From Escherichia coli (GTDB lineage Bacteria; Pseudomonadota; Gammaproteobacteria; Enterobacterales; Enterobacteriaceae): DNA of 64,000 nucleotides. Position 1 is the first letter of the stretch; each line of letters starts with the position of its first letter. Position numbers and translations under genes: made by a program. Below the pieces are notes generated by a model that saw nothing but the letters and a program-made list of their open reading frames with translations, was not told where the DNA came from and did no database searches. This document shows, piece by piece, positions 37,498-47,082 of this stretch. Location of the stretch: NCBI GenBank assembly GCA_025336685.1, contig GCA_025336685.1_4717.1; one strand, given 5' to 3'.

Positions 37498-38040
37498 ATG
37501 GCCTTAGACTTTAACAAAGCAGCGAAATCCCTTCTGCTTGATCTGATCAACACCAAAGCAACCCGCGCACTGTCCGAAGAAGAACTGCAGTTCGGTACTC
37601 CGGCGGCATCTTCCGAAAATGCTAAGAACACCGTTATCCAGCTGAATGCTGCGGCTGAAGCAGAAAACCTGCAGGGTACTCAGCAGTTCTACTACGATCG
37701 TCTGGCTCTGTCTGACGTTTTCGCTGATGTAACCAGCGATGTTACTTTCGAACTGCCGCACGGTACTGACAGCATTAAGGCTTCTGAGCTGGTAAGCAAG
37801 CTGGTCACCAAGTTCGGTCTGGCTTCCCTGACCGGTGAAATCAATGAAGAAACCTTCCAGCTGTCCGCAGGTACTGTTGGTCAGGTAACCCTGACTGCGA
37901 TCGAGGGTGGTATGGTATATACCGGTACTCTGCAGGTTGCCCTGACCTACGCAGCAGCACCGAAAGACAATCTGGCAACCGTTCTGGCGGATAACGTAGC
38001 TGATGGCTTCGTGAAACCTGAAGTTGCTGTCGTTGGCTAA
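37498..38040 (+). CDS. Small putative major virion/decoration protein, paralogue family C, with strongly biased codon usage
   Basis: FYYDRLALSDVF and GMVYTGTLQVAL motifs; heavy use of CTG, GGT, ACC, GCT, GAA codons; SD AGAGGA upstream; apparently monocistronic. Confidence 0.6.
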   Translation: MALDFNKAAKSLLLDLINTKATRALSEEELQFGTPAASSENAKNTVIQLNAAAEAENLQGTQQFYYDRLALSDVFADVTSDVTFELPHGTDSIKASELVSKLVTKFGLASLTGEINEETFQLSAGTVGQVTLTAIEGGMVYTGTLQVALTYAAAPKDNLATVLADNVADGFVKPEVAVVG

Positions 38041-38239
38041 TAAACACATAGAGCAATAGTATGGGTTTTGTACAGCTCGGCTATTGCTCTTCTACAATTT
38101 GGTTGTAACAATCTGCGTGGTTGCACGCTTATCTTTCTCATTGAACGCTTCGTATGAAGCGTGGTGTTGAAAGGGTTGTGGATCTCCTCAAGCGGCCAGG
38201 GACCCAGACCAACCTGAATAAACACAAACACATGTTAAG

Positions 38240-38272
38240 CCCCTCCTCAGCCCTTATCGGGTTGGGGAGGGG
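38240..38272. terminator. Family hairpin CCCCTCCTCAGCCC-loop-GGGTTGGGGAGGGG (imperfect) at a convergent junction
   Basis: Between 37498..38040 (+) and 38336..38971 (-); two mismatches in the 14-nt arms. Confidence 0.45.
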
Positions 38273-38335
38273 TCTTATACGTCTTTATACGTTTCGTTCG
38301 TTCTGGTGTGTTTTAGAACGGTTTACAGCAGGGTT

Positions 38336-38971
38336 TTATTCAACACTGAAACCGTTCAAACAGATGGCTTCGTAACGTTTACGTTCACGGCGTTTGCGTG
38401 CCTGCCAACCGTAAATGAACTTCTCGTCTTTCTCACGACGTTCCGCTAATTCGATGTAATAGGTGCTCTGCATGTCCAGCATTGCATCGATGAGATAATC
38501 CTTACCGGTTGCGCCACGCTTAGCGATGTAGGCATCAAGAGCCGCCAGTGTTTTGGGACCCATTGCGCCATCAGCGTCGATATTTTTCCAGTAAGTTTGG
38601 CGGTTGTTCATGACGTTCAGATAACGCTGAAGGTTCTTAACCGGTACGGTTTTGCCTGCGTTGATACCCAGGTCAAAGAGACGATCAGCCAAGAACACGG
38701 AACGTTTCATGACCTCATCAAGCTTCATCTTATCCCAGAAGTGGGTCTTGTAGATGAAGAACGCCATTTCCGTGGTAAGGTTACGCATATTACCGTCCCA
38801 CCCGAATTTCGTTTTCAGCGTGGTTTTGTACTGATCCGCAAGCGCTTTCGTAATGCCGTGGTTCGTGATCCCACCAGAGTCATCGGGATCGTCGACGTAA
38901 CCTGCTTCGATGCTAGTTTTATCACGAATGATAAATTCGCAAGTAAAATCTTTTTCAGTAATCTTGGCCAT
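38336..38971 (-). CDS. Endolysin: GH108-family lysozyme with C-terminal peptidoglycan-binding (PG_binding_3-like) domain
   Basis: N-terminal IEAGYVDDPDDSGGITNHGIT matches the GH108 E...GGY.DDP.D.GG.T..GIT signature; C-terminal half resembles PG_binding_3. Confidence 0.7.
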   Translation of the reverse strand: MAKITEKDFTCEFIIRDKTSIEAGYVDDPDDSGGITNHGITKALADQYKTTLKTKFGWDGNMRNLTTEMAFFIYKTHFWDKMKLDEVMKRSVFLADRLFDLGINAGKTVPVKNLQRYLNVMNNRQTYWKNIDADGAMGPKTLAALDAYIAKRGATGKDYLIDAMLDMQSTYYIELAERREKDEKFIYGWQARKRRERKRYEAICLNGFSVE

Positions 38972-39097
38972 TAGAACTCCTCGTTGGAATAACGTTTTAG
39001 AGGAATAGGGAAGCCCTAGAACGCGATAAACGATTTAATCCAGGCAAACACCAGACTAAACTTTTCTAAGCGTTAGAACGCGTTCTAGAGCGCAATA

Positions 39098-41146
39098 TCA
39101 AATACCTTTGGTTCCCTTCACGTGATGTGCAATTTCTTCAACCATTGCACGCAACGCACGAAGCTGCTGGTCGTGTTCGTACCAACCGCCCAACAGAACC
39201 CCGCTATACACCATGGTGTCAAGACTTAACAGTCCTTTATCTGATACGTTGATCATTTCCGGGAACTGTTCTTGAACACGCTGTGCGATGACACCGATCT
39301 TCTCTACATCAGGATCGTAGTTGTGACGGAAACGGGCAAGCCCGCTGCGCGCCATTTCACGTAAACGTTCGCTAAGAGATTCTGGATGGTCTTTCAGGTA
39401 ACGGATGTCATGTTTACTACGCTCATCTGAACGGATGTAAGCGTTAGGAACATCGATGTTACTGTTGAAGTACAGTGCGCTACCACCACCTGCAGAGTTA
39501 CCCCAATAGAAGCGTGTGATCTCCCCACCGCCATTTTCCGTGATGATAACATGTTTACCTAAACGCGTGCCACCATTGCCGTCAACGAAGACCAGTTTGT
39601 TTCCGCTGTAAGAACCCCAGAACAAACGTGTGTCGATGATGTGCGTTGCAGCGAGACGAGCGTTACGCGGTGTAGAATACACGGTGTTAACATCTTGCTG
39701 CGCTTGCGCATCGGAAGCGATACCGTAGTTCTGTACGTTCCCTAAACCTACCTGCGCTTTCGTAACAGCATGTGGGTTATCTCGACGGTTAGCGTGAGCG
39801 TTAACCAGATCGCCCGCCAGTTTTTGAATAGCCCAGTTGGTAGACTGTGGTGTCATGTAACGGTTCGTTGCAGAACCACCTTGCGCCTCAGCTTGGTTAG
39901 CGGTTGGGTAGTTCTCAACGCTTCCTAACCCCACTTGTGCTTTAGACACTTGGTGTGGGTTGTTCTTGTCAGCGATGTGTGCATTAAGCGGAACTAACGC
40001 AAAGGTCTCAATGGACGCTTTGGTTGTGTTCGGTGCCATTAATCGGTTAGCTGCAACACCGGCACGCGCTTCATCCTCAGACGCCATTGGGTAGTCTTGT
40101 ACATTCCCTAACCCAACCTGCGCTTTGGTTACCCTGTGTGGGTTGTTGTAATCGGCTTTATGTGCGTTAAGCGGAATCAATGCGAACTGTTCAATCGCTG
40201 CAACGGTACGCAACGGCGTCATGAAACGGTTGTTCGCGGTTCCGCCCTTCGCCTCGCTATCCGAAGCGGTAGGGAAGTTATCAACGTTCCCAAGGTTAAC
40301 CTGCGCTTTGGTGACGCTATGCGGGTTATCTTTACGGTTAGCGTGAGCATCGACTAGGTCACCAGCCAGTTTAGCGATTGCCCATCCAACCGTTTGTGCG
40401 GTCATGTACCGATCAGGTGCGGTACCGGCTTCTGACTCCGCCTTGTTTGCGGTAGGGTAGTTCTGTACGTTACCTAGTCCAACTTGGGCTTTGGTGGTTT
40501 CGTGTGGGTTATCGGTACGGTTAGCATGCGCGTAATGCAGATCGGTAAGATTTTTATCCGCTGCTTGCATGTCTTTGCGTAACTGATCGATTGCTGCCCA
40601 GAGACGGTTATCGGACGCAGCGTCGCCGATAAGTATCGCGGCTTTCAGTGAATAGATCGCTAAGCAAAGATGTTCGGTACCGTAGATAGCACTAACGTGG
40701 TGGATGTGTGGTTCAGGCGGATAAAGTTCCGGTTTGTTCTTGATGTCGTCCCAGTTGATCGGACGATCGTCAAGTTTGAGTTCTTCGATAGCCTGATATA
40801 ACGCGTCAATAAGACTTACGTAAACACCACCGATGATACGATAGTCGTTAACTAACGTACCCTCGATGTCATCGTTGATGATGGCGATAGCCGCACAGAT
40901 TTCTTTACCGGCGTAAAGCGTAGCGTCCTGATACAAGAAGATGGGTTTGTAGTCCACGCCTCGCACCAGTGTCTTACCGGTAAGCTTTTCAGTGATGACC
41001 AGACTTTCGGTGAAGAACGGTCCGCCGTCGAGGGCGTAACATTTATTCTCGGTTCGTGGAACGGTGTGCTCTTCACCAACGATGTGGTTGCTATCGAGCG
41101 TGCCGGTCCAGTCCTCGGGGTACTTCAGGGTAATTGGTGTTGACAT
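39098..41146 (-). CDS. Tail fibre protein with 5 NPHxVTKAQVGLGNVxN repeats and a C-terminal S74-type intramolecular chaperone domain
   Basis: Five roughly 57-aa repeats (H-A-N-R-x-D-N-P-H-x-V-T-K-A-Q-V-G-L-G-N-V); C-terminal SDERSK at about nt 39411-39428 matches the SDxRxK autoproteolysis motif. Confidence 0.8.
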   Translation of the reverse strand: MSTPITLKYPEDWTGTLDSNHIVGEEHTVPRTENKCYALDGGPFFTESLVITEKLTGKTLVRGVDYKPIFLYQDATLYAGKEICAAIAIINDDIEGTLVNDYRIIGGVYVSLIDALYQAIEELKLDDRPINWDDIKNKPELYPPEPHIHHVSAIYGTEHLCLAIYSLKAAILIGDAASDNRLWAAIDQLRKDMQAADKNLTDLHYAHANRTDNPHETTKAQVGLGNVQNYPTANKAESEAGTAPDRYMTAQTVGWAIAKLAGDLVDAHANRKDNPHSVTKAQVNLGNVDNFPTASDSEAKGGTANNRFMTPLRTVAAIEQFALIPLNAHKADYNNPHRVTKAQVGLGNVQDYPMASEDEARAGVAANRLMAPNTTKASIETFALVPLNAHIADKNNPHQVSKAQVGLGSVENYPTANQAEAQGGSATNRYMTPQSTNWAIQKLAGDLVNAHANRRDNPHAVTKAQVGLGNVQNYGIASDAQAQQDVNTVYSTPRNARLAATHIIDTRLFWGSYSGNKLVFVDGNGGTRLGKHVIITENGGGEITRFYWGNSAGGGSALYFNSNIDVPNAYIRSDERSKHDIRYLKDHPESLSERLREMARSGLARFRHNYDPDVEKIGVIAQRVQEQFPEMINVSDKGLLSLDTMVYSGVLLGGWYEHDQQLRALRAMVEEIAHHVKGTKGI
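39646..40534 (-). repeat. Tandem in-frame coding repeats (5 units of about 170 bp) within the tail fibre gene
   Basis: Repeated protein motif NPHxVTKAQVGLGNVQNY(P/G)xA and recurring DNA words such as CAGGTTGGGTTAGGGAACGT variants. Confidence 0.6.
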
Positions 41147-41159
41147 AACCTGGAGGTCC

Positions 41160-43754
41160 TTATAACGTGACTGTACCTAATTTGGTTGTCTTATTGAGAT
41201 TGATGACAGAGATCTGGGTATCGCTGGTCGTAATCGTTCCGATGTTAACGCGCTGCCCTTTATCATCTTCTTGCTTGTGGATGGTTAACTCCAATTCTAA
41301 CTGGTTACCGTTAGGAACAACGGAAACGTACCACGTTTTATTACCTGGCGAACTATTATAGTCTTTTAGGTTATAATGGCCTTTAGGTAAAGTCATGGCC
41401 TTACCAGCAAACAAGCAAGCGATGTCTTCGTTGATGTAGATATCGTAACCGGAAGCAGCAACGACCGTAGAAACCATGTAGACATGTTTGACGGTACCTG
41501 CGAGGTATTCGGCTACGCTTGGCCCATATGCTCTGAATACCTGTCCGCCATTGGATAAACGGTACGCTTCCCCAAGGTCGACGTACCCCAGACCCCATAC
41601 CGGATGGACGTTGTAACGACGTCCGCTGCTGGCCAAATACTCATAAAGGTCATCTACCGATAACCCAACCCACGCACCACTGGCGTTCTTAGCACCACGG
41701 AATTGAAAATCGTTTGCGTTTCCTGGAGTAGCAACGCGCACGGACATCGCCCCGGCGATTAACCAACCATCAGCGCATTTACGATACCCTAATGGTCCCC
41801 ACGCCCCCAGAGTGTTGTCAATGTTATTGATTTGGTCCCGAAGCGTGTAAGTTACCGTTGTGATGACCCCCGTTACGGTAATGTTCCCTTCCCGAGCGCT
41901 GGTCGTCACTTCAGACGTCATGATAGCCGCCTTCCTGGAGACAGGATCGTACACCGATATGAACATCAAGCAGGGGGCCCCTGTGGACGCTGGAGGAACC
42001 ACGATAGAGCCGCGTATAACGGAGTATCTCTCAAGCTTCGGCGACGTGTAGGTATCCCAACAAAGTTTGGCCGCTCTGTCGAGTTCTGCCTGCGTGATGC
42101 TTATCGATGCCCCCTTTAAGGCTAACGTATCAGGGTCGACCTCAACCCTGCTGCTTAATCTCCCTTCCTGTAGCCAGCTGCCAGTCACTATCGTCTGGTC
42201 GTCGCTCATGTGAATTGTCGCGAAACGTTCGCTCACTGAACCGCCTACGTGGACGCGACTGGTTGGCGGGAATCCCATCACATCGACCACGCTGTTCTTA
42301 TAGCGATAACTCAAATCCCAATCAGCGGTTATTAACCGCTTTTCGAAATTGCTCTGACCCCCTGGGATGCGGGATAAGACATAGACCTTGTTCTTCGCCG
42401 TGAAGCCAACGAAGCCGTGTGGACCACAGGACCCAACAACGCGGTCCTTGATGTTAATCCAGTTCCCCGCCTCGTACGCGGATATTGGGGTGAGTTTTGC
42501 AAGTTCGTCGAAGACATTACCAGCGTAGTCACCAATGCGATACGATCGAACCATCGGCGAGGCCAGGTTATCATTCACACAGCTGGTAACCAGACCGTCC
42601 TCGCGAATGACCATGTTCCCGGTAAGGTTGGCCCCACCCCATACCCAGAATCCGTCTTTATAATCACGGTCACGAGTTGACATCGTACAAGGGCCACGAA
42701 AGGACACCGAACCATCGGAGTTCACTTGTAATGACGGTGTTCCAGCATTGGGACTTAATGTCCATTGCTTCGTATCCAGGTTCAAATCGACGTACCAGAT
42801 CGTTGTCCCCTGATCGGCGATATTCACGGTACTGTTAGTGTACCATGCCGTCGTGCAGTAGATTCGCGCAATGTTACCTTTTACAACAGCGTAATTTCTA
42901 ACACCCGCACGAATAGGGACAAGCGTCGTTAATTGACTAGGGTACGCTGTATGGTTTAACACTTCCCAGAAAAGAATATGGTCGAGGTTGGTTTTCGTCG
43001 TTCCCTCAAAAATCTTTCCACTAAACCCGGTTTCTTTGGTGAACTGTACGGCCGCACCATTTTTAATGTCCGATAACATACAGGTATGTACATCGAGCCC
43101 GTTTTTCCCTTCATACGCCCACCAGACTAACAGGTACACTTTGTTTTTGTAGACGAACGTACTACAGCGCGCCATGCTGTCGGTAATACCCTCTACCGAC
43201 CCGGTACACATGGCGGCGACATGCTTCTCTACGTTGAATGTGCCGTTAGTCAGAACGATGTAGGGCTGTGTGTTCTCGTCGTTTGCGTCCATCGCGACAC
43301 CCATCATCACGCCGTGGTTATGACACCAGACTGATTGTGGGATTTTAGGTAGTGCTGTAGGGTTGTACTGGCGACTGGTACCTATGGCGGTATCGAGCAG
43401 CCCTTCACCATTGTTTTTACAGATAGCGTAATACACCCCGTTTTTCATGCTGTTGGATGCAGAGCGAAGGATGGAAACACTCCCGTCTGCTTCCTGACAG
43501 ATTCCGTAGGTACGACGTTCGGTCATGGCTATCGCGCCATCAGCTGACCCTTCGATGGCGAGAGGGAAGTAACTTTGATCGCCAATTTGTTCGATATCGG
43601 TTACGTCAATATCAATGTACTTTTCCATCTCGGTGTTGAACTCTGCGGTGCTGTACGCGCCGAGATCGCCAGCCTTTAACCCTGTTGGATTGCTTCGACT
43701 AGCGATACGTTCGGTAACGCTGGTCACCAGTTCGCTAAATTTTTTCATTGCCAT
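41160..43754 (-). CDS. Large tail-associated protein (864 aa), possible tail spike or baseplate component
   Basis: Location between the tail fibre genes; no catalytic motif recognised. Confidence 0.5.
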   Translation of the reverse strand: MAMKKFSELVTSVTERIASRSNPTGLKAGDLGAYSTAEFNTEMEKYIDIDVTDIEQIGDQSYFPLAIEGSADGAIAMTERRTYGICQEADGSVSILRSASNSMKNGVYYAICKNNGEGLLDTAIGTSRQYNPTALPKIPQSVWCHNHGVMMGVAMDANDENTQPYIVLTNGTFNVEKHVAAMCTGSVEGITDSMARCSTFVYKNKVYLLVWWAYEGKNGLDVHTCMLSDIKNGAAVQFTKETGFSGKIFEGTTKTNLDHILFWEVLNHTAYPSQLTTLVPIRAGVRNYAVVKGNIARIYCTTAWYTNSTVNIADQGTTIWYVDLNLDTKQWTLSPNAGTPSLQVNSDGSVSFRGPCTMSTRDRDYKDGFWVWGGANLTGNMVIREDGLVTSCVNDNLASPMVRSYRIGDYAGNVFDELAKLTPISAYEAGNWINIKDRVVGSCGPHGFVGFTAKNKVYVLSRIPGGQSNFEKRLITADWDLSYRYKNSVVDVMGFPPTSRVHVGGSVSERFATIHMSDDQTIVTGSWLQEGRLSSRVEVDPDTLALKGASISITQAELDRAAKLCWDTYTSPKLERYSVIRGSIVVPPASTGAPCLMFISVYDPVSRKAAIMTSEVTTSAREGNITVTGVITTVTYTLRDQINNIDNTLGAWGPLGYRKCADGWLIAGAMSVRVATPGNANDFQFRGAKNASGAWVGLSVDDLYEYLASSGRRYNVHPVWGLGYVDLGEAYRLSNGGQVFRAYGPSVAEYLAGTVKHVYMVSTVVAASGYDIYINEDIACLFAGKAMTLPKGHYNLKDYNSSPGNKTWYVSVVPNGNQLELELTIHKQEDDKGQRVNIGTITTSDTQISVINLNKTTKLGTVTL

Positions 43755-43766
43755 TATTCACCTCAG

Positions 43767-44252
43767 TTAAATCGGCGAATCAGGTAATTGGCCATCGACA
43801 ATCTCGATAGTGGCCACTTTACATGTCGCAGCGAGATGTGCTGTGCCCTGAACTTTGTTCCAGGTACCGATACGCATCACGTTTTTATAGCTGCTGTTAC
43901 TGTCGCTCAATGTGTAAACAAAACCGTTATCCGTGACAGCAAGATAGATCCAACCGGTTGATGCGCTAACACCAGAAACATCCAACGTGGTCGCGGGAAC
44001 CGTTCCTGTTATCGTGTTGTATTCCGCTTCACCTTGGCCGATGCTGATCCTCCCGTTGTTGTAGCTGGCTGCTGGAATTATTTTATTTCGGCTGAAGAAA
44101 AGGAACGGAAGATAACGTTGTGTAACAAGAGGCGTAAGTTTAGGAGCCACTTCTGTCTTAGCGTACACGTTTGTCTGCGTCGTTGTTACTGAATGAGGAT
44201 TCTTCTTGGCCAGGTAGGCTCCCCATTCAGAAAGCAATGTCGATAACTTCAT
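43767..44252 (-). CDS. Short fibre-like protein with one degenerate fibre repeat (KKNPHSVTTTQ)
   Basis: N-terminal degenerate copy of the NPHxVT repeat; lies within the tail fibre cluster. Confidence 0.5.
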   Translation of the reverse strand: MKLSTLLSEWGAYLAKKNPHSVTTTQTNVYAKTEVAPKLTPLVTQRYLPFLFFSRNKIIPAASYNNGRISIGQGEAEYNTITGTVPATTLDVSGVSASTGWIYLAVTDNGFVYTLSDSNSSYKNVMRIGTWNKVQGTAHLAATCKVATIEIVDGQLPDSPI

Positions 44253-44256
44253 ACGG

Positions 44257-44772
44257 CTACCCCATGTAACGTTTTTGGCCGAGGATAAAGACCTTGTTAA
44301 GGACCACCGAGGTAATGCCTGACGCGTCGCAACTCACCTGCCCAACACGAATCGCTGTTGATGAATCAGCCCCAGCACTACTGTTCCAACTCCACCCGAC
44401 CGACCCACCTTTCTGATGAATAAACAGATAGCCGGTTTTGTTCGCCCAGTCGGAAGTAAGACTTTTGATGTCTAACGTTCCTTTCGCCAGAATATAGTCG
44501 GTACCGGCGATCATGACGGGTATTTCAGGATACGAGATTACCGTACCGCTAGCGGTAACGTTGCTGATGCGATCATTACGGATATCAGTGCAATCACCGA
44601 AATACGCTACGGGGAGTATCCCCTTAGGTAGCTTTTTGTCGATTTTCGTATCGACCGTGCTTTTATCGGGCGCGTCGATTTGCGCTGCAGTGACTTGGTT
44701 AGGGTTATCCTTCCTTGCGTACCATGTCGTCATGCGAGCACCCAATTCACTCATTTTTGTGCCCATTTTCAC
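44257..44772 (-). CDS. Short fibre-like protein with one degenerate fibre repeat (RKDNPNQVTAAQ)
   Basis: N-terminal degenerate repeat; lies immediately downstream of the long fibre gene. Confidence 0.5.
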   Translation of the reverse strand: MKMGTKMSELGARMTTWYARKDNPNQVTAAQIDAPDKSTVDTKIDKKLPKGILPVAYFGDCTDIRNDRISNVTASGTVISYPEIPVMIAGTDYILAKGTLDIKSLTSDWANKTGYLFIHQKGGSVGWSWNSSAGADSSTAIRVGQVSCDASGITSVVLNKVFILGQKRYMG

Positions 44773-44779
44773 GTCCTAT

Positions 44780-44819
44780 CGAAAAAATAAAAAGATGGAA
44801 AGGTGGGCAGAACCCACCC
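44780..44819 (-). terminator. Rho-independent terminator candidate (minus strand) after the tail fibre gene
   Basis: GGTGGG-CAGAA-CCCACC stem-loop followed on the minus strand by TTTTTATTTTTT. Confidence 0.5.
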
Positions 44820-44824
44820 ATCCG

Positions 44825-46978
44825 TTATAACGTTTCGAAGTCTTTTGCCTTGATGACTGCGTTGAAGTTGGCAAGGAATTCCTTAAGTAATGCTTGGAAA
44901 ACATCGCGGAACGCCGCGTTCGTCTTCAAGCTGGTTAAATAATCGTTCTTAAGGTAATCGCTAAGCTTACCGATCTTCTGCATCGTCACGCCTTCATCGT
45001 TCTCTCCGGGTTCTTGGCTATTGATATTAGCCCACTTGATCCCTTCGAGATCACCATCAGCAAGGAAGTTAGCTGGCGTCTCATCATCGTTCAGGATTTT
45101 GATCGTATCGCTGGATTCAATACCGCCGTAAGCTTCCAGAAGCTGGTTGACGGTCAACTTATTGACGTTGATTGAACCATTAGCACCATCGATACCGAGT
45201 CCGGTACCCGTGATAGACGTTACTGAAAGATCGATTGGTCCGGTTAACTTACCCCCATTGATAGGGAGCGCGCCAACCTGTTCGGCTGTGTGTGTATGAT
45301 CGGCTAACGCGGCGAACGCTGCAATCGACTTGTAAGTCGAGTACGGTGTCATGTACGCTGTCTGGTTAGTCCTGTCGGCAGCTTGCACGTCGGTGGCGAC
45401 AGCAAAGTCCTGTACGTTCCCTAACCCCACTTGTACCTTGGTTACTTCATGCGGGTTACTCTTATCGACAACGTGTGCCGCAAAACCATCACCTGCTAAA
45501 GCGATGATCGCTGCTTTTGTCGCAGCCGGTGTCATATAGCGGTTGGTCGCTACACCGGTTTGTGCTTCCACATCAGAAGCAACAGGGTAGTTCTCAACAC
45601 TCCCCAACCCAACCTGGGTTTTCGTTACCCTGTGTGGGTTCTCGGTATTTGCGATGTGACTACTGAACCCTTGACCAGCCATTTGCTCGATCGCGTAACG
45701 AACAAGTATTGGTGTCATGTACTTGTTGTTAACCTGACCATCGATCGCTTCTTGGGTAGTAGCAACCCCGAAGTTCTGCACGCTTCCCAGCCCAACCTGG
45801 GCTTTGGTAACACCATGTGGGTTATTGGTGTTACCGATATGTTCGGTTACGGTTGGGGTGATTAGCGCTGCGATAGCGGCGGCTGTGGTCGCAGGCGTCA
45901 TGTATTTGTTGTTAGCAACACCCGCACCAGCTTCCCCATTAGACGCTACACCGTAGTTCTGTACGTCCCCCAGCCCTACCTGGGCTTTCGTAACAGCGTG
46001 AGGGTTGTTATTATCCTCGGTATGGGTTGTTAACGTAGCGTTGACATGATCGATGCGTGTACTTAAGCCGTCCGTGATTGCCTTGATTGCTGCTCGTACA
46101 CCCGCTGGAGTCGTGTACAGATTAGTGGCTGTACCGGTAACGGTTGTATTATCATCGGCTACACCATAGTTCTCAACGTCCCCGAGTCCCACCTGGGCTT
46201 TGGTCACCTTGTGTGGGTTGTTGCGGTTACTGATGTGTGCGGCAGCACTATCACCACTAAGGTTAGCGATCATCTTACGTGTCATCGCCAACGTCATGTA
46301 CAGATTTTCACCGACAGTTTCCAGATCGCTCTCGGTCGCTGTTGTGAAGTTCTGTACATTCCCCAACCCAACTTGGGCTTTCGTGACGCCATGGGGATTA
46401 TCACGTCGATTCTCGTGCTGCACTAACGCAGTCATTGCTTTATTGAACCCTTCTTCAAGCGGTCCTTTCAATGACTCGATTGCAGCCACCACATCGTCCC
46501 ACGTCATCGTGTCGGTTTCGACATTATGTTGGTGGTTGATTGGTGGGAATACGGAAGGAACGTCAGCAACCTTTTCCCAGAACGTAACGCGAGGGTCATA
46601 AAGGTTGTTGGCTAAAACGTTAAGAATTTGTTGTTGATCAAGTGTAAACTCACCCCCCAGTGAATAGTAGTTCAGTTGCAACTGTCCACTGAATGCGGTG
46701 TCCAACAGCATGATGGAACCGTATAATTCCAGGCCGGTCAGCGCAGCCATGGCACGGAAGGGGTGAGTGCATAAAAAGTCAACGCCTTCTTCCAGATACG
46801 CGTTTGTTTCAGGGTTGTAGATCTTTAACCCATTACGAAAATAGGGTGCGTATTTAGGAACGAGAAAGTTAAATCCGGTCCCCGTGGAAGGACGGACAGT
46901 GACGAGTTCTTCTGGAACCCATGCGCCATCCAAATTCCCCTGCGGGTTATACGGAAGGCGTTTAATTTCATCTGTCAT
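44825..46978 (-). CDS. Tail fibre protein with 6 NPHxVTKAQVGLG(N/D/S)V repeats (no S74 domain)
   Basis: Six roughly 55-aa repeats; architecture parallels 39098..41146 but the C-terminus differs. Confidence 0.75.
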   Translation of the reverse strand: MTDEIKRLPYNPQGNLDGAWVPEELVTVRPSTGTGFNFLVPKYAPYFRNGLKIYNPETNAYLEEGVDFLCTHPFRAMAALTGLELYGSIMLLDTAFSGQLQLNYYSLGGEFTLDQQQILNVLANNLYDPRVTFWEKVADVPSVFPPINHQHNVETDTMTWDDVVAAIESLKGPLEEGFNKAMTALVQHENRRDNPHGVTKAQVGLGNVQNFTTATESDLETVGENLYMTLAMTRKMIANLSGDSAAAHISNRNNPHKVTKAQVGLGDVENYGVADDNTTVTGTATNLYTTPAGVRAAIKAITDGLSTRIDHVNATLTTHTEDNNNPHAVTKAQVGLGDVQNYGVASNGEAGAGVANNKYMTPATTAAAIAALITPTVTEHIGNTNNPHGVTKAQVGLGSVQNFGVATTQEAIDGQVNNKYMTPILVRYAIEQMAGQGFSSHIANTENPHRVTKTQVGLGSVENYPVASDVEAQTGVATNRYMTPAATKAAIIALAGDGFAAHVVDKSNPHEVTKVQVGLGNVQDFAVATDVQAADRTNQTAYMTPYSTYKSIAAFAALADHTHTAEQVGALPINGGKLTGPIDLSVTSITGTGLGIDGANGSINVNKLTVNQLLEAYGGIESSDTIKILNDDETPANFLADGDLEGIKWANINSQEPGENDEGVTMQKIGKLSDYLKNDYLTSLKTNAAFRDVFQALLKEFLANFNAVIKAKDFETL
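45390..46426 (-). repeat. Tandem in-frame coding repeats (6 units) within the second tail fibre gene
   Basis: Recurring DNA words (CCCAACCTGGGCTTTGGT / CCCACCTGGGCTTTCGT variants) encoding KAQVGLG. Confidence 0.6.
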
Positions 46979-47082
46979 GATGCGCCCTTTACAAGTTGTT
47001 AGTAAGTGTGGGATACCCTGGGGTATCCTGTGTTAACAGCGGTAAAATATTACTGTAACTATAAAATAAGGGGGCCTCTCCC

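Noticed and set aside
38050-38090. Terminator for gene 37498..38040 formed by the inverted repeat AGAGCAATAG / CTATTGCTCT
   Set aside because: The 21-nt loop and lack of a U-tract make a stable intrinsic terminator doubtful; the family hairpin at 38240 is a better candidate.
39646-46426. Possible CRISPR array suggested by regularly repeated sequence words
   Set aside because: The repeats are in-frame coding repeats of tail fibre proteins (NPHxVTKAQVGLGNV units), about 170 bp apart and imperfect; there are no short direct repeats with unique spacers and no cas genes.
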